64,000 nt of DNA. Origin: Oopsacas minuta (lineage: Eukaryota; Animalia; Porifera). Both the position numbers and the translations under genes were made by a program. Every line of letters starts with the position of its first letter. Positions within the stretch are counted from its first letter, which is position 1. The stretch lies in contig JAKMXF010000032.1 in the NCBI GenBank assembly GCA_024704765.1, forward strand, positions 21,684 through 85,683. The letters run 5' to 3'. Positions 12,538-25,757 of the stretch are shown here, one piece after another. Under the pieces are notes generated by a model. It had not been told where the DNA came from, searched no databases, and saw only the letters and a list, made by a program, of their open reading frames with translations.

Positions 12538-14803
12538 CAGAGGCTTCAAACTGAGGCTGGCTAGCCAAACGTGGCTCGCGAGCATGTTTTTCGTGGCTCT
12601 CGACATCCGTCAATCCAATGCCCAAAATTTTTAAGAATATATTGCTTTGATTTTTCTGTGATAACAGTTGCATTGTTAAATTTGCTAGAATTGCATTTGT
12701 TTGATTTCATTAAGGGTCTATTTAGTATTGTGATATATAAATTGAAATATAATCTTAACAATACTACAGTATTATATTATATTGATTAATCTTGTACTTA
12801 CCAAGCTAGCGAGATTCTTAATCAAAGATCTTTAAACATTTTACTGAGTTTCAAGTGGCGTCACATCCGTCCTCAAAGCTTAAGAGATTTAAAGGAAATA
12901 GACTCTTCAATATTGATTGGGAGCACGAGTTTTTCTTGGTCAAGGACAGAGAGAAAAATAAATTTCTGATTTACCGTGATACCATTGCTTGCAATAAGAG
13001 AAGAAATCTGGATAGGTATTCTAATACTAAACATGGAGAAGATTTCACTAGTGATGTTAGCGAAGCTCGTCAGATTAAACTTGATCAAATGAAGAAAAGT
13101 TTGACTACGGAACAGTCAGTCTTCAAGAAAGTGGATACATCAAGAAAGTCGGTAACAGCAGCAAGTTAAGCCATTAGTAATATTTTTGCAAGGCGAATGA
13201 AACCATTTACAGATGGTGAGTATATCAAAGAGTGCCTAGCTGTGTTCATGGATAATTTGCTGTCCAGACAAGAATGATCTTGCACAACAGCTGAGTCTTA
13301 GTGATACACCCGTAATGCGACGTGTAGAATCAATTTCGAATAATATTAATGAACAACTTTTAGAAAGGGCTCGAAACTTCACCTCTTACAGCATCGCAAT
13401 AGATGAAGGCAAAGACATTTTGATGTGGAACAATTAGTCATCTGGATTAGGGGAGTTGATAATAACTTCAAAATAACTGAGGAATGTTATCACTCAGTCC
13501 TATGTATGGAAAAGCCCATGGTATTGATATTTTTGATGAAGCACAAAAAGTCTAATCAAAAGCTACTTTATAGGTCACGAAACTGTCTCGAGTTACAACA
13601 GACGGAGCGCCGTCCATGCTTGGAATAGGAAGTGGTCTTAAGGGACAGTTGTCGCGGTATTTAGCTGCTAATGGCCGTGACGGAGTGATATGGTACCACT
13701 GTATTATTCACCAGGAAGTTTTATGCGCAAAAACACTTGTATAAATAACGTTAAGAAACTTATTCTTGATGCTGTGAATTTTATCAGAGCCAAGGGAATC
13801 AACCATAGAAAATCTAAACATATTTTAAAAAAGCTAGATTCAGAGTACGGTGATGTACTCTATTTCACAGCTGTTCGGTGGCTTAGTAGAAGAGCAGTTC
13901 TTAAGGGGGTGTGAATGTTATGCGATAAGAAATCGTGCTTTATGGAGGAAAAGGGGAATAAGGTTCATGAATTTCAAAATCCCGCTTGGCTCATGGATGT
14001 AGCATTTTGGTGGATATCTCAACTCATCTAAACAGTTTAAATTCTGCTCTTCAAGGTAAATGAAGCATAATCATGAGCTTTTCGGCACCATATGTGCTTT
14101 TGAGGCGATGCCTAGTCTATTTGAGACGCAGCTCTCAAAAAACAACTTCTCACACTTTTCGGAGCTTCGATCTATGGAAAATCCTGACGGAAAAAGATAT
14201 GCAAGGATAGTTTCACACCTGATAGAAGAATTCAAAACTCGATTTGCTGATTTTAGAAGGGACGGACAGAAAATTATGCCCTTCACTCAGCCTTTCTGTT
14301 TTGATGTCCAGTGTGCTTCTGATGAAATTCAGCTGGAGCTTCTTGATCTACAAGCCAATATTAATTTGAAAGGAAAAGTTTAGGGAGGTAAAATTAGATG
14401 AGATATCCAAGAATCTCAGTATTTTAGACTTCTACAAAGTCCTACCAACTGATACATATCCATTTATCCTTGGACACGCAAGGAGGATGGCCAGCTTATT
14501 TGGGAGTACTTATACTTGTGAAGCCCTCTTCTGCAAAATGAAGTATACGAAGAATAGGTATCGGTCAAATATGACGGATGAACATCGACATGATGTATTG
14601 CGTATCGCATCAACTGAAATAGCACCTTGTATGGATACGCTTTTACATGATACGAGACAATTTCACACATCACAATAATGTATGTATTTCAATCCATGTT
14701 ATGGTAAAACAATTTTATTAAGTCTTTCGAATTTTCGTATGCCTCGGGATTATGATCAAAAGTTACAAAGTGCCTCTCAAAGCAAAAAGTTCGAAGACCC
14801 CTG
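12538..14803 (+). mobile_element. hAT Buster/SPIN-type transposon, copy 2; full length (2266 bp), coding-dead
   Basis: TIRs CAGAGGCTTCAAACT / AGTTCGAAGACCCCTG; TSD GTCTAGAT (12530-12537) / GACTAGAT (14804-14811). Motifs [24 protein letters not shown]; the ATG has lost a base at 12855. Confidence 0.93.
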
Positions 14804-15140
14804 GACTAGATCAAATAATATTTGTTGTGAAAACTAAGTAGTCTTATTACGTTCATTATAACTTATTATTTAACACTGTAAATTTATGCAGGTAACCGTT
14901 TGAACCAGAGATTACAGTAACTATTGCAGGATTCTTATTAATTTATACGATTTCGTAGCACACCAATATTTGTTATTGAATTAAGGGATCACTCAGCGTA
15001 TTCAATCCATATACAAGTATGCAAGTTCTGTGTTCCGAAAATTTTACAATTTGTTAATGAAAATTGTCTTGATTAATCATATTAATGTATAACTAGCACC
15101 AAGTTCAAGTGATAAATCGATAAACATACCTGATGGTTTG

Positions 15141-15545
15141 TCACATCTGATTCGGATTATGTCTGCTTAAGAGGTTCGTATACAATGCAGACACGTTCTG
15201 CAGAGATGACAAGATGTCATCGTATTTTTCTTGGACGTCTCGAATGTCCTCCTCTAGCATGGTGATCCTTGCATCCTTATCAACTAATTGAGTTTCCAGC
15301 AAGGACACCTTTTCATTCAAAATGAAATTCTCTGCAATGCTAAGTTCTAATCTATTGTCAGTCATTGAATTCTTGCTCTCCAATTCTGAACATTTCTTTC
15401 GTATGTCCAAATTTTCCTCCTCTAATTGTGTGATTCGTGAATCAACACGGGAGAATGTCTCTCCAACATTTCTTGTCACCAAATCGGCGATTCTAGCAGA
15501 CAAACTCTTGAGAGTGTCTTTGGGTAGCTTGAATCCTAAAGTACA
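15141..15545 (-). CDS. Possible exon encoding a coiled-coil of unknown affiliation
   Basis: Open 120-aa heptad-rich frame (RITQLEEENLDIRKKCSELE...) preceded by a pyrimidine-rich acceptor-like TTTTTGTACTTTAG. Confidence 0.35.
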   Translation of the reverse strand, partial: CTLGFKLPKDTLKSLSARIADLVTRNVGETFSRVDSRITQLEEENLDIRKKCSELESKNSMTDNRLELSIAENFILNEKVSLLETQLVDKDARITMLEEDIRDVQEKYDDILSSLQNVSALYTNLLSRHNPNQM

Positions 15546-16099
15546 AAAATCACCATATCTTCAGAGTAATAGCATTGTATACACGAAACCATGGCATGAA
15601 CCTTTTCTAGAAAAGGGATTGTGTAAATGAGTCGGGCATTATTAAATAGTTATATATTTCAGAAATGGATTGACGACAAGTGCTTGAATTCATGAAAGCA
15701 AATATTCGTTGAATGTGCCAAACAATTTGCATAATAACCAATTATTTGGCGAAATGGATCCCACATTGAGGCTTCTAAAAAGTTATAACTGTATCTGCAA
15801 TTCTAATGCTGAAAGACTTAATGTTTCAAAGGAATTTTATACAAAATATATATATATATATATATAGAGTGGTAAAGTTGGCACGTTCCTGAGTCACAGT
15901 AGTGAGCATGGAAAATATATATTAGCCAAAACCTTAAAAACCTGACAACATTATATGATTATTGACAAATGATTCCTGCAATTGTGCTTTATACTCCGAG
16001 TGTCAATGCCCTTGTAATTCATCAAAAATCAGATACCCGTTGACAATAAGTCAATCTGAATTTTAACAAAGTCTAAAGTGAAGTTAATCTGTTTCTGAT

Positions 16100-17800
16100 A
16101 TATATAAACCATCCAGTGAAAGATAACACTTTCTACCTATTCTTAGTCGAGAAAAGTCTTTTGGTGCCAATGGCTTAGTGTATTATAAATTTTGATTCAA
16201 TGCTTCGAAAATTTCGCGAAAGAAATTATGAAGAACGTATACAGTGCAAAGTCGATTATTAGAACCATTTGTTCATCCTAAAGGTTCTGTTCGGTTCAAA
16301 CGAGTAGGGATGATTGAGTTTCAATCCAATACAAAATCTATATAGTATTTCTATGGCAGATTTTGGATAGCCATTGGGTGAGTTATGACGACCTGGGCAA
16401 TATATATATTCATATTGTATTGACTTATCCATGTACGGTGTCTCCATCTAATGTGGAGTTGCAGATTCACAAGTAAGATATTCCTGGAAAATTTGATAGG
16501 AAGCACACAGGGGTTGTTCGCTTTCAGTAGGGAAAATTTACATAATAAATCTTGTCAATGTATATAGTGAGAATGATGAGAAATATGCAGGCGTCTCCAA
16601 ATCTACTATTGCTTTTTATCTAAATCAAATTACATGAGTGTTGTACTATCTCAAAGTCTCACCAAATTATGTTAATATCCGGCCTTTGTGAATCATATTT
16701 TTGTTCACCTAACATAAATTCCTATGAATATAATTTCAACCTTCAAAATACTATCAAACTTATACTGGGTAGTTCTAATGTTACTTTTTACAACTCTAGC
16801 CCAATTTAAGTGAATTTTCATTAACTTTCTCTACTTAAACTTTGTGATGATACAGCAAAATTATAGGTTACATAATACGAATAATGCGAAAGTATTTTGG
16901 TGTGAACAAAGGTTTCTCACAATTTCCCACACTATTCAGGATATTATCCTCATGACAGACTATCTAATGATACTATTCTATAAATATTTGTTCAGCTAAA
17001 CTAAAATAATGTCAGCAGTCCATTCTATACCTTTGATTACTATGGTATGTAAAGCTAAATGTTACTACGTTGATGCAATGTTTAACTCAACTATTATTCA
17101 CAAGTTCAATTCCATTCTCGAAGCCAGTTGTTCGTCAATTTGTAGATTCAAGAAATTCATTAGAGTAGTGACACTTTCAATTAGCTCTTTTGAAGATAGC
17201 AATGCGATTGGCTGGTTAGGGAATCTAGAAATTGGGTATTGATTAGGTAGATAAAATTTCCTTGACAATCTTTCAATACAAGAGGAGCAACCATAAACAA
17301 AGGAAAATGTGAACGATCACGAGCTGTTTGAGATCTAAGATTAGATACACTGTGACTTCCCGACCCATCTACATCATGCTTAACTATAAAGTTGAGCGGG
17401 TACATTAGGGGTTCTTCAATAGATTGTAAAGAGTGTGATGATACATCCCAAGAGATTTATGTGGTCAATGTAGTTGACTATTACTCCAATTGGATTTGAG
17501 ACTGATGGGTATAATTGGAATGGAGTTTCAGTACTTGTAACATAGTCCTGACGTTTAAGAACTATTTCTTCAAGATTATATTCGACTGATCGTGGTGCAT
17601 TGTTTATCTAACCCGAGTACACGTCAAATGGTGGTTCTTCTTATCTTATGAGAACGTTGATAATTGGGAGTCGATTTCAAGTTTTTCTCCAATTATTCTA
17701 CTTGCCAAATTGACATCTACTTTAGCATTTCGATTGCCCTCTTTAGTATCCAGAAATAGTTCACTTACTTTATGAAGTGTAAGTTAAATTTTGCAGCTTT
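16100..17800 (-). pseudogene. Second, highly decayed RAG1/Transib-like transposase remnant
   Basis: PLNFIVKHDVDGSGSHS..PLVLKDCQGNFIY..N.YP.SRFPNQPIALLSSKE parallels YPLTIKLSNGLDGSGSHR..ILSIEDTLGNDVFYNHSPNFPFCFRPVALIALKE at 58690-58910. A weak TLHC..RNFR motif lies near 16200. Confidence 0.55.
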
Positions 17801-20508
17801 ATATCACTAAAATTTATGTGAAACAATTTGATATACACTAATTTAGGGTTAAATATATATATTTATCTTGTAGTTGACCTAAAATAACACATTCCCATAC
17901 AACATATCCGAATCACAATAATATGCTTCATACAAGATTGGGATACGATTCTTCAATAACTAATGCGTTGCCTAGTTACGATATTCGTTATTGAAATATG
18001 ATATTAGTTTGAATATCCTATATATTCATGGATTATACAAAACGAAAAATATTGAATATTTTTGGAAATTAAACATGATGTCATAATTTCCAAATGCTAA
18101 GTCATTCACAAAATCTGACATGCAAAAAGAATTGTCTTTAGTTAAAATCCCAGTAGCTAAAATTCAGCGGACAATAATAACCATTGTTGAAGGTATAGCC
18201 TACTGAAATATTCACACAAAATAACCCACTGTGGAAGTATCTAATAGGTATTTGAGAGGATTTGCTTTGCTTTGATTTGGATTTGAGTCCTACATACAAA
18301 ATAACGCGATATGGCTCTTACAGGTTCTTGAATCCATTCTGGTGCGAGAATAATAGGATCATCAATTAGAATAATCCACAATCAAATGTGTGCGAGTATA
18401 TGCGTGCATAAATAAATATATATATAATGTTAAAGTACAAAAGCATTCGACCACTAACAGTATCTATACTAAGTACGTACATCAAACTAAATCTAATTAC
18501 TCTGATGTATAAATATCTATTGGTTATAAAGCAGAGAATAAGCGTGAACAAGATTCATCTATGTAGATTGACGGATATCGAAGTATCAGAACATCTCAGT
18601 TACAAGGGTGAATAATAATATAACAAAATATTTGCAATTCTGAATTGTTCGAATACTTTTGTCCTTTAACTGTATATGCTATACTCCAATCGGACAAAAG
18701 TATTTGAAAACTGGCATTTGTGTCACATATTTCACAAGTGGCAGAGACACTGGTATATAAAGTAAGCAAGTGTCAATTTGTAGTAGATTCATACTTTCAA
18801 CGGCTATTTTTGGGTAATCGAATATGCTGAGTCCAAATATGATACGTATTGTAAACAAAATTTCACAAATATTTGTTTTGATAATATCACACAGGTACAC
18901 TTTCGCCTGATTAATGAATTGCATATTTGTAGAACAACATATTATCAACTATAATATGGTAAAAAATTCAGGAATGTGCCAAAATATGTGACTAGTAAGC
19001 ATTTGTTAGCTCATATATGCTTTGTAAAACATTAAATTTACATTTTTCCGTTCAAGGTGAATACATGAAATGTTCAATAGATTTATTTATAAAAAACCCA
19101 AAATTTGAAATACAAAAGTCGGTTCGTTCTTGAGTAAAGGAGAGACCAGAGATGACACACTTTTATGAATATTGGATAAAAATAAATTTAATAGCCAAAT
19201 CATCCGCCAATGTATAGTGTGTACACGACTTCCAATACTCGAATAATGCATTCCGATATGATTTCTCTAACGACTAGGACACAATCATGGGAAATTTCCA
19301 TATAGTATGGTCATATTATTATTATTACGTCATTATTATGGGAGAAGATATCATATCAGAATGTATTAATGGTGTATGGAAAGCCAGCTATACACTACAC
19401 AGCAGGGCCGTCGCCATGAAAATATAAATGGTCCAGTTGAATAGAGCATAAACAAGACAAAGTGGTCAGTTTAACTTGTACAACTGGAACAGTTGGTGAA
19501 TTATTGGAAAATTTGGTAGCAATACGGTCTGGTTAAAACGTGACAAACCGAGCAGATGGCTACGGGCATGATATGTTATATGATAGTGTGACTCTAGGAA
19601 GGACTAGAATTCTAAGTGAATGAAATTTATAAATATTCTTCCAGAGGTGGGTTAAAAGTATACCCAAAACGCCATAAGGATCTAAATCGATCTCTGATTG
19701 TAGTTACGTGTTGGAGATCAGGTAAATACTAGGTCGGAATATGATCATACGTATGTCGCAAAGAAATACAAGAAATATTTGTTAACTTGAGCTCACTAAA
19801 TTACTATGCTCGGAACTGGATGAATACCGTGTATTAACAGTTAGATGAAACCCGACCATAACTTTGTCAACCTGACTAAGTGGTCAGGTTGACCTATTAA
19901 GCTCAACGAGTGGTGCTACATTGGGGAAATTCAGTAAACCAAAGTGTTTAGGTTCAAATCTGACCAACTTTACCAGTGGCTGAACCCTGTACATAGGCAA
20001 GATGATTTGGCTATTAACATCATAGATTGGTGAGTTATAGATGAATTTTTGACAAAAACGTGCTTCCATTGTCAAAGAATAAACATAGGATCGTGAGAAC
20101 ACTTTTCAAGCAATTTTTGTATTTTATGTACAACAATAACTTCAGATAATTGGAATTTTACTCTGGATTCGTGACTGCAATATTTATCATCTAACAAAAT
20201 TTCAAATTTGGGACATTTTTGAAGATATATTTGTTTATAAACTACCCAGATCACATCATTTGCTCCATAAAATATTGGGGATTGTACATTGTGTATTATT
20301 ATCTTTCAATAATACACTCCTTAGAGTAAAATGTTCCAGTGATAATATCGAAACTAATAGAATTCTGATCTGATTACACTTTACTTCATCTTAACACTGG
20401 TTAAAGTGGTGAAATGGCATTAGGTTTAGTACGCTAAATTTCAGACATCAGGTAGATCCAGAGGAAATAAACACCATATCATAATGTGAAAAGCCTACGT
20501 TCTGATAT

Positions 20509-20941
20509 CAGGATTGTAGTTTAACCGGTTAAATAGGTTTAGCTCGGGCCAGTGGGTAAAATCCGGTTGAAATCGGGTTTTACTTGTTTAACTCGGGTTT
20601 AACCAGAGTAATCAAACAATTGAAGTGTATTTCCCCATATTGGAAACTCAATTTTAATATAAGTAAATACATATATATATATAAATATATATTTGGAATG
20701 AAAGCTAAAATTGCTATTAAATAACATCTGGTTTAAGTAAAATGTACGATTACAGATCATTCTTTATGAAGACTTTGAATATTTACTGTGTTCACAATAT
20801 AATCAAATTATAGCCTGGAAATCCTAAATTAAAGTCAGAAACACAGTTTAGCTAACTTACCCAATTTAATGAGGTTGCACAGTGTAATACCCAGTTTTTA
20901 CCATGGTTTAAACCGAGGGTGGGTTAAACTAGCCAACCCTG
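20509..20941. mobile_element. hAT-type MITE, 433 bp
   Basis: TIRs CAGGATTG--TAGTTTAACC / GGTTAAACTAGCCAACCCTG; perfect 8-bp TSD TCTGATAT (20501-20508, 20942-20949). Confidence 0.85.
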
Positions 20942-21639
20942 TCTGATATGTCAATCTTTGACCACTATATAGGTTTGAAGAATATTCAATCTAGAATTAT
21001 CTATATCCCAATTCAATAACTATACCCCAAAAATGTACCCTTGTGCCAATATTCATTCAATCGGACAGACAGATTATCCAGAACCTCGTGGACTGACATA
21101 CGGACTTCATACAACGTCCATGCAATTAGGGCATCTTTCTATAGAAGTTGTACAAACTAAGAAATCATTTTCAACCATGGAAGTATTTAGGAGCGCTTGG
21201 CACTCATCCAGGGGATATAGATGGGAAGAAAATATATTTAGGAGAGTTTAAAAATATGTGTCTCCTTGCTCAATAGAGTAATATAAAATTTCGTGATGAT
21301 TATAGTATAAACTCTCTAACATGGAGCATTAGCAGCTTGCGAAAGAAACTGTAGAGTAACACGAATAAAAATTTCACAAATATTGGATAAATAAAGTTGC
21401 AAAATAATCTAAATTATCAAATTATCCCTTGTAGAATTTATTTCCACGAGTTAAAATTGGTTTATCTAGATATTGAGCTAATAAAATATTGGGCATCGAA
21501 GGTCAACCAAAATATTGATATGAAATAAAGTTTGATGCCATATTCTGAGTAGAAATTCATGAATAACACTCAATCAATATTTTCTAATCATTTACTACAT
21601 CCCAGCTGAACAATTTGCAGCGGTATAGTGAGAGAAGCA

Positions 21640-21922
21640 CCGCTTGCCACTTTAACTTGATTAATTGTGTTGTATTTATATAATGTACATTAGTTTTTGG
21701 AGTTGCCTGCCTTTCGTACTCTAGTAAACTCTGCTTAATAGCTTTATATCTGCGCCAAGCCATTTTCACCCGATTAAGCGGATTAAACGTGTTGGTCCGG
21801 TTACCTTGAGTTATTAACATAGTATTGTACTGTTGATCGCCAAGTGGCCCTATTAACTGTGATGAAGCATATTCTGGACCATAATAACAATGGGGAACTT
21901 GGACTGTGCCCAGTGCTGCCAA
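21640..21922 (-). repeat. Unclassified repeat with a conserved coding-like segment; second copy at about 45120-45335
   Basis: LIGPLGDQQYNTML..NRTNTFNPLNRVKMAW..IKQSLLEYER vs LIGSLSQKQCSAML..DRANTFNSLNLLEMAW..IKRSLLVYER. Confidence 0.6.
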
Positions 21923-22899
21923 GTATGTATCCGTAAATTTAAGTGGTCTAGGTAAATTGACAGCTATCTACGTGTCTACGTATGAAGACACATTTCTACG
22001 TATTTCCAGCGAATTACATATAGGTATAATACTTTTGTTAACGATGAAGGTCAATATACAAAATTCGTCATCATTTGTTAATACCCCGGAAATGTACGAG
22101 TTATTTTCTCAAAGTATGTACGACTATAAAAATAGTTTGATAGTTTATTGCATGCTGATAGTGATTATAGCATATTGTTTACAAACGCGAAAGCGTCCAT
22201 AAGTCTACATTTTAATGTTTAAAATAAAAAGTTATTAGCTAACGGGATTTGTAGATGCAAATTAAGACCTGTTGGGGGTCATCAAGGGATTTTAAAATGC
22301 TCCAAAAAATAGGATTTCTCCGTAGAATTTTCGGCTAATTACCATAAATTTTTCAAAATCGCTTGACAGCACTTGCTGTGCCCCAGGGCCCTTCAAAATT
22401 TATGGCCCCTCCACTGGCATAGCCAGCACCTCCCGGGTGGGCAACTTTCCCACCCGGAGCAACAAAAGTGAAGAAATTGAAGGATAAAAGACACTACTCG
22501 AAATTTGGAATATATGAGGTACTTAGACCAATGGCAGTTTCGATTCTATTTATAGAGAGTATTAGGCATTGCGCTTCTTTTATAAAATCTTTATCGCTGG
22601 AAGAATATCTGGCTTTGTGATAATGTTTTTCAATACTTACAGCTAAGCGGGCGGGAATTTTGCACATCGCTTGTTTAACATTTAGGCCAATACGTAGTAT
22701 ACTTTGATTCACATAACTATCTTAAAGTTTTTCAGTGACCAAATTACATTATAACCTTGATGGCCAGCTACAATATGTCAAGCAAAGAAAATTCAGAATG
22801 TAGTTTTTGTGGTGCCATAATGAGGATTGATAATTTTGATAAACATAACAAGAAATAACATATAGGGTTACCAGTTAGGGAGAAAGTTCCCAAGGGCTC

Positions 22900-25050
22900 C
22901 ACAGATATGGCATCTGCAGTTTCTAGTACAAAGCGATCAAGGCTAGAAGAGACTGAGAACACAGACATGCAAGATAAGGTTGGTCCAAATCACGATGGTA
23001 ATGAAAGTGAAAGAATTGACGAAGAAGATTCGACCTCGAGATTTTCCTATAGCAAATCCCATCTATGCCTACTGGCATTGCTGCCCCTCCTTTGGGGATA
23101 CTCCTTCAGTTCCAAGAGGACTAACCTCAAGTCGATGCAAAAGGTACTATAGATGGGAATAGGAGGTGGTTTAGAAAGTGGAATTGGAACAGCTGGCAAT
23201 ATTAAAGGAGGTGGTGGTGAACCATCAATTTCCAATCATCATCATTCTGTTACATCTCCAGCAATTAACACGTCTACCCTCATTTTCGGTATGACACATC
23301 CATTTGTAACTGATCCTGCTCATTATATCGACAAATCAATGACACCACAAATGTGTGAGATACTACTGGATGAAGGACCTAGTCAGCCAGGCTTAAATGA
23401 AGAATATGACTTACAGAAAAACGAAAATGGGCGCCGATTCTTGCGACAGAGGTACAAACCTGAAATTCAAAAAGGAATGCGATCTTACCTAAATTGGCTG
23501 GTACACTCACCCATTAATGACAGAGCATATTGCTTCCAAAGTTGGCAATTTTGAATAAAAGCCGTCCAGACTATGAATCAAACTTCTGTGAACCAAAATT
23601 TTGTTATAATAGATGGGGAATGCAACTATAAACTTCGCACATGATGAAGGATGTAAAGTACATAAAGATGCGTCAAGCTACTGCTAGAAACCAAGCAAAG
23701 CCTAAAGCTGGGAAACTTGGTGAATGTAGAACAACAGAGCTCACGAAATACAAGCTGCTAAAAACCGGAAGGTTCTATGTTGTTTAATAGATGCTTCTCT
23801 CTTCCTGGACAAACAGAACATCGCATTCAGGGGCCATCATGAGTGCATTGATCATGCTTGCGGTACATGTACCATGGACGCATTATTGGGATAGTTCCAA
23901 ATGATGGTATTTTTGGGAACTAATAAGACTTCAATCCAATTATGATAGTGCTTTAGTTCGACGTTTAGCAATTGCACAAAAGAATGCAAGCTACTTAAGC
24001 CCAACAAATTAAAATGAGTTTATACACGCGATTGCACGGGTGATAGCAATAAAAATTGTTGCTGAGGTGAAAAATGCACGTTACTTTGGAGTAATCATAG
24101 ACTCGACAATAGATATTTCGTACACAAATCAACTGTCCTTCTGCAAAGGTAGGTAGATGAGGACTTCGTCATACAGGAATGTTTTCTTCTCTCCACAGAT
24201 ATCACTAAATCTGATTCAGAATCAGTTTTCACTATCCTTAGGGATTTTGACAAATTTGGGACTAGAACTCAACTAATCATCAGTCAATCGTACGGTGGAG
24301 CAGCCAATATAAGTTGCAAATATCAGGATTATATACTGAGACTCGAGTTTACAAGAAAATGAGTATGCACAGTTTGTCCATTGCTGTGCACATAATTTAA
24401 ATCTCGTTTTGAGTGACGCTTGTGGAGAATGCACGGAAGTTGTTACTTTTGTTGGTACAACACAAAATTGTACAATTGTTAACCAAAGGTTAGCTTCGGC
24501 ACAGTACCTTAGAGGAGGCTTTGGACTAACTAGGACTCCCTACTAAAAGCCTTCAGAGACAGTGTGAAACTAGATGGTATTGTAAGTATGATGCTGTGAG
24601 ATCGAAAAAAACAAATCCTGGTCTCTGCTAGCTTGAGAGATTATCTGAGAATCAACACGCAATACTGAAACACAAGCAGAGAGTTGAGCCCTTTTGGGTT
24701 TTATCGGCAAAATATAATTTGTGCTGATGCAAGAAATCTGGATGGAGATATCAATAGAAGTCAAAAATCTTTAGGGACTCCTACAGCGCAAGGCTATGGA
24801 TTTAGTTACAGCAAGTGTGGAAGTTAGATCTGCTTTACAAACCTCGTAGGATAATAGAACAGATCAACATTTTAAGATTCTGCTAGTTCCTGTACTAAAA
24901 ATTGCGAAGAAGAGGATGTTGAAAAGAAATTAAAGTCCCGAGAACCACAAAAAAGAAGAAGATGCCTCGTGAAGTTGCTAGTGATCAGCCAATTAGTGAT
25001 ACAGAGGATAGATTTAAGGAAAAGGGAAGTCAGCTAAATAATATATTGGC
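22900..25050 (+). pseudogene. ZMYM1-like hAT transposase pseudogene
   Basis: GPSQP..GRRF..WLVHSPINDRAYCF (ORF 23153-23554), AFRGHHE, YLSPT, YFGVIIDSTID, HCCAHNLNLV, LQRKAMDL. A GC-rich hAT-like end lies near 22380-22460. Confidence 0.85.
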
Positions 25051-25430
25051 TGTCCTGAATTTACCATAATTGTTGGGTATCGAGTTACAAAGGATATTAA
25101 CAAAACATACGACATCCATGGTCTGTGGGATACCAGAGAAAAGGTCAACTTTAACATGACAAATTTTATATATTGTACAAAAACAGTTTTTAGAACACTT
25201 GGAATTTCAACATTTTGAACATAGATTAATGATTAACGTTCTACATTGTTTCAAAGTTTGAGCATCATGCTTTTATGAATTCGTACATTTTCATAATACA
25301 GATATTCGCGTGGAAACGTACCAATTTCATATTAACGATTAAAGAATTCCCATCAAATTATATCCACTTCCTCTCATGCATGATCCAAGGTAGTGGTCAG
25401 GGCTTATCACTAGTAGGCTATGGGTTAGGG

Positions 25431-25572
25431 CAGTGGTTCTCAATCTGGGGTCCGTGGCCCATAGGGGGTCCGCAGCCCTAAAATGTTTTCGTTATGTTTA
25501 TTAACAGGGGTCCGCGGACCCCATAAAATGGACCAAAAAGGTCCGCGGAAGAAAAAAGGTTGAGAACCAGTG
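25431..25572. mobile_element. hAT-Charlie-type MITE, 142 bp
   Basis: TIRs CAGTGGTTCTCAA / TTGAGAACCAGTG; perfect 8-bp TSD GGTTAGGG (25423-25430, 25573-25580) with a central TA. Confidence 0.92.
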
Positions 25573-25757
25573 GGTTAGGGTTTACGTATATACCTGTGAG
25601 TCGTTTTGGAATCTAGGAACGTAAAGAATTATTTCATTAGACCATGGTTTCGCTGTAGAGAGGCATTTTTCAGGAACGCAACCCCTCGACGAACGGCGAG
25701 AACTGTGTATTTTCCCCCCCAAAATCCTGTTTGTTAAATAATAATACCAGTAACTTT

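Noticed and set aside
902-13088. Short ORFs such as MIKFNLTSFANITSEIF (also at 29358 and 49042)
   Set aside because: They are antisense shadows of the Buster transposase frame, repeated only because the element is repeated.
19403-19570. Possible hAT MITE (CAGGGCCGTCGCCA / TGGCTACGGGCATG)
   Set aside because: Only 11 of 14 TIR bases match and there is no TSD.
17348-20884. Other CACAGTG/CACTGTG words (17348, 20878)
   Set aside because: One lies inside the GSHSV codons and one inside a hAT MITE; neither marks a homology breakpoint, and a few chance 7-mers are expected.
22432-22456. GC hairpin CCGGGTGGG-CAACTTT-CCCACCCGG as a terminator
   Set aside because: Typical hAT subterminal palindrome next to a transposase remnant; intrinsic terminators are not expected in this context.
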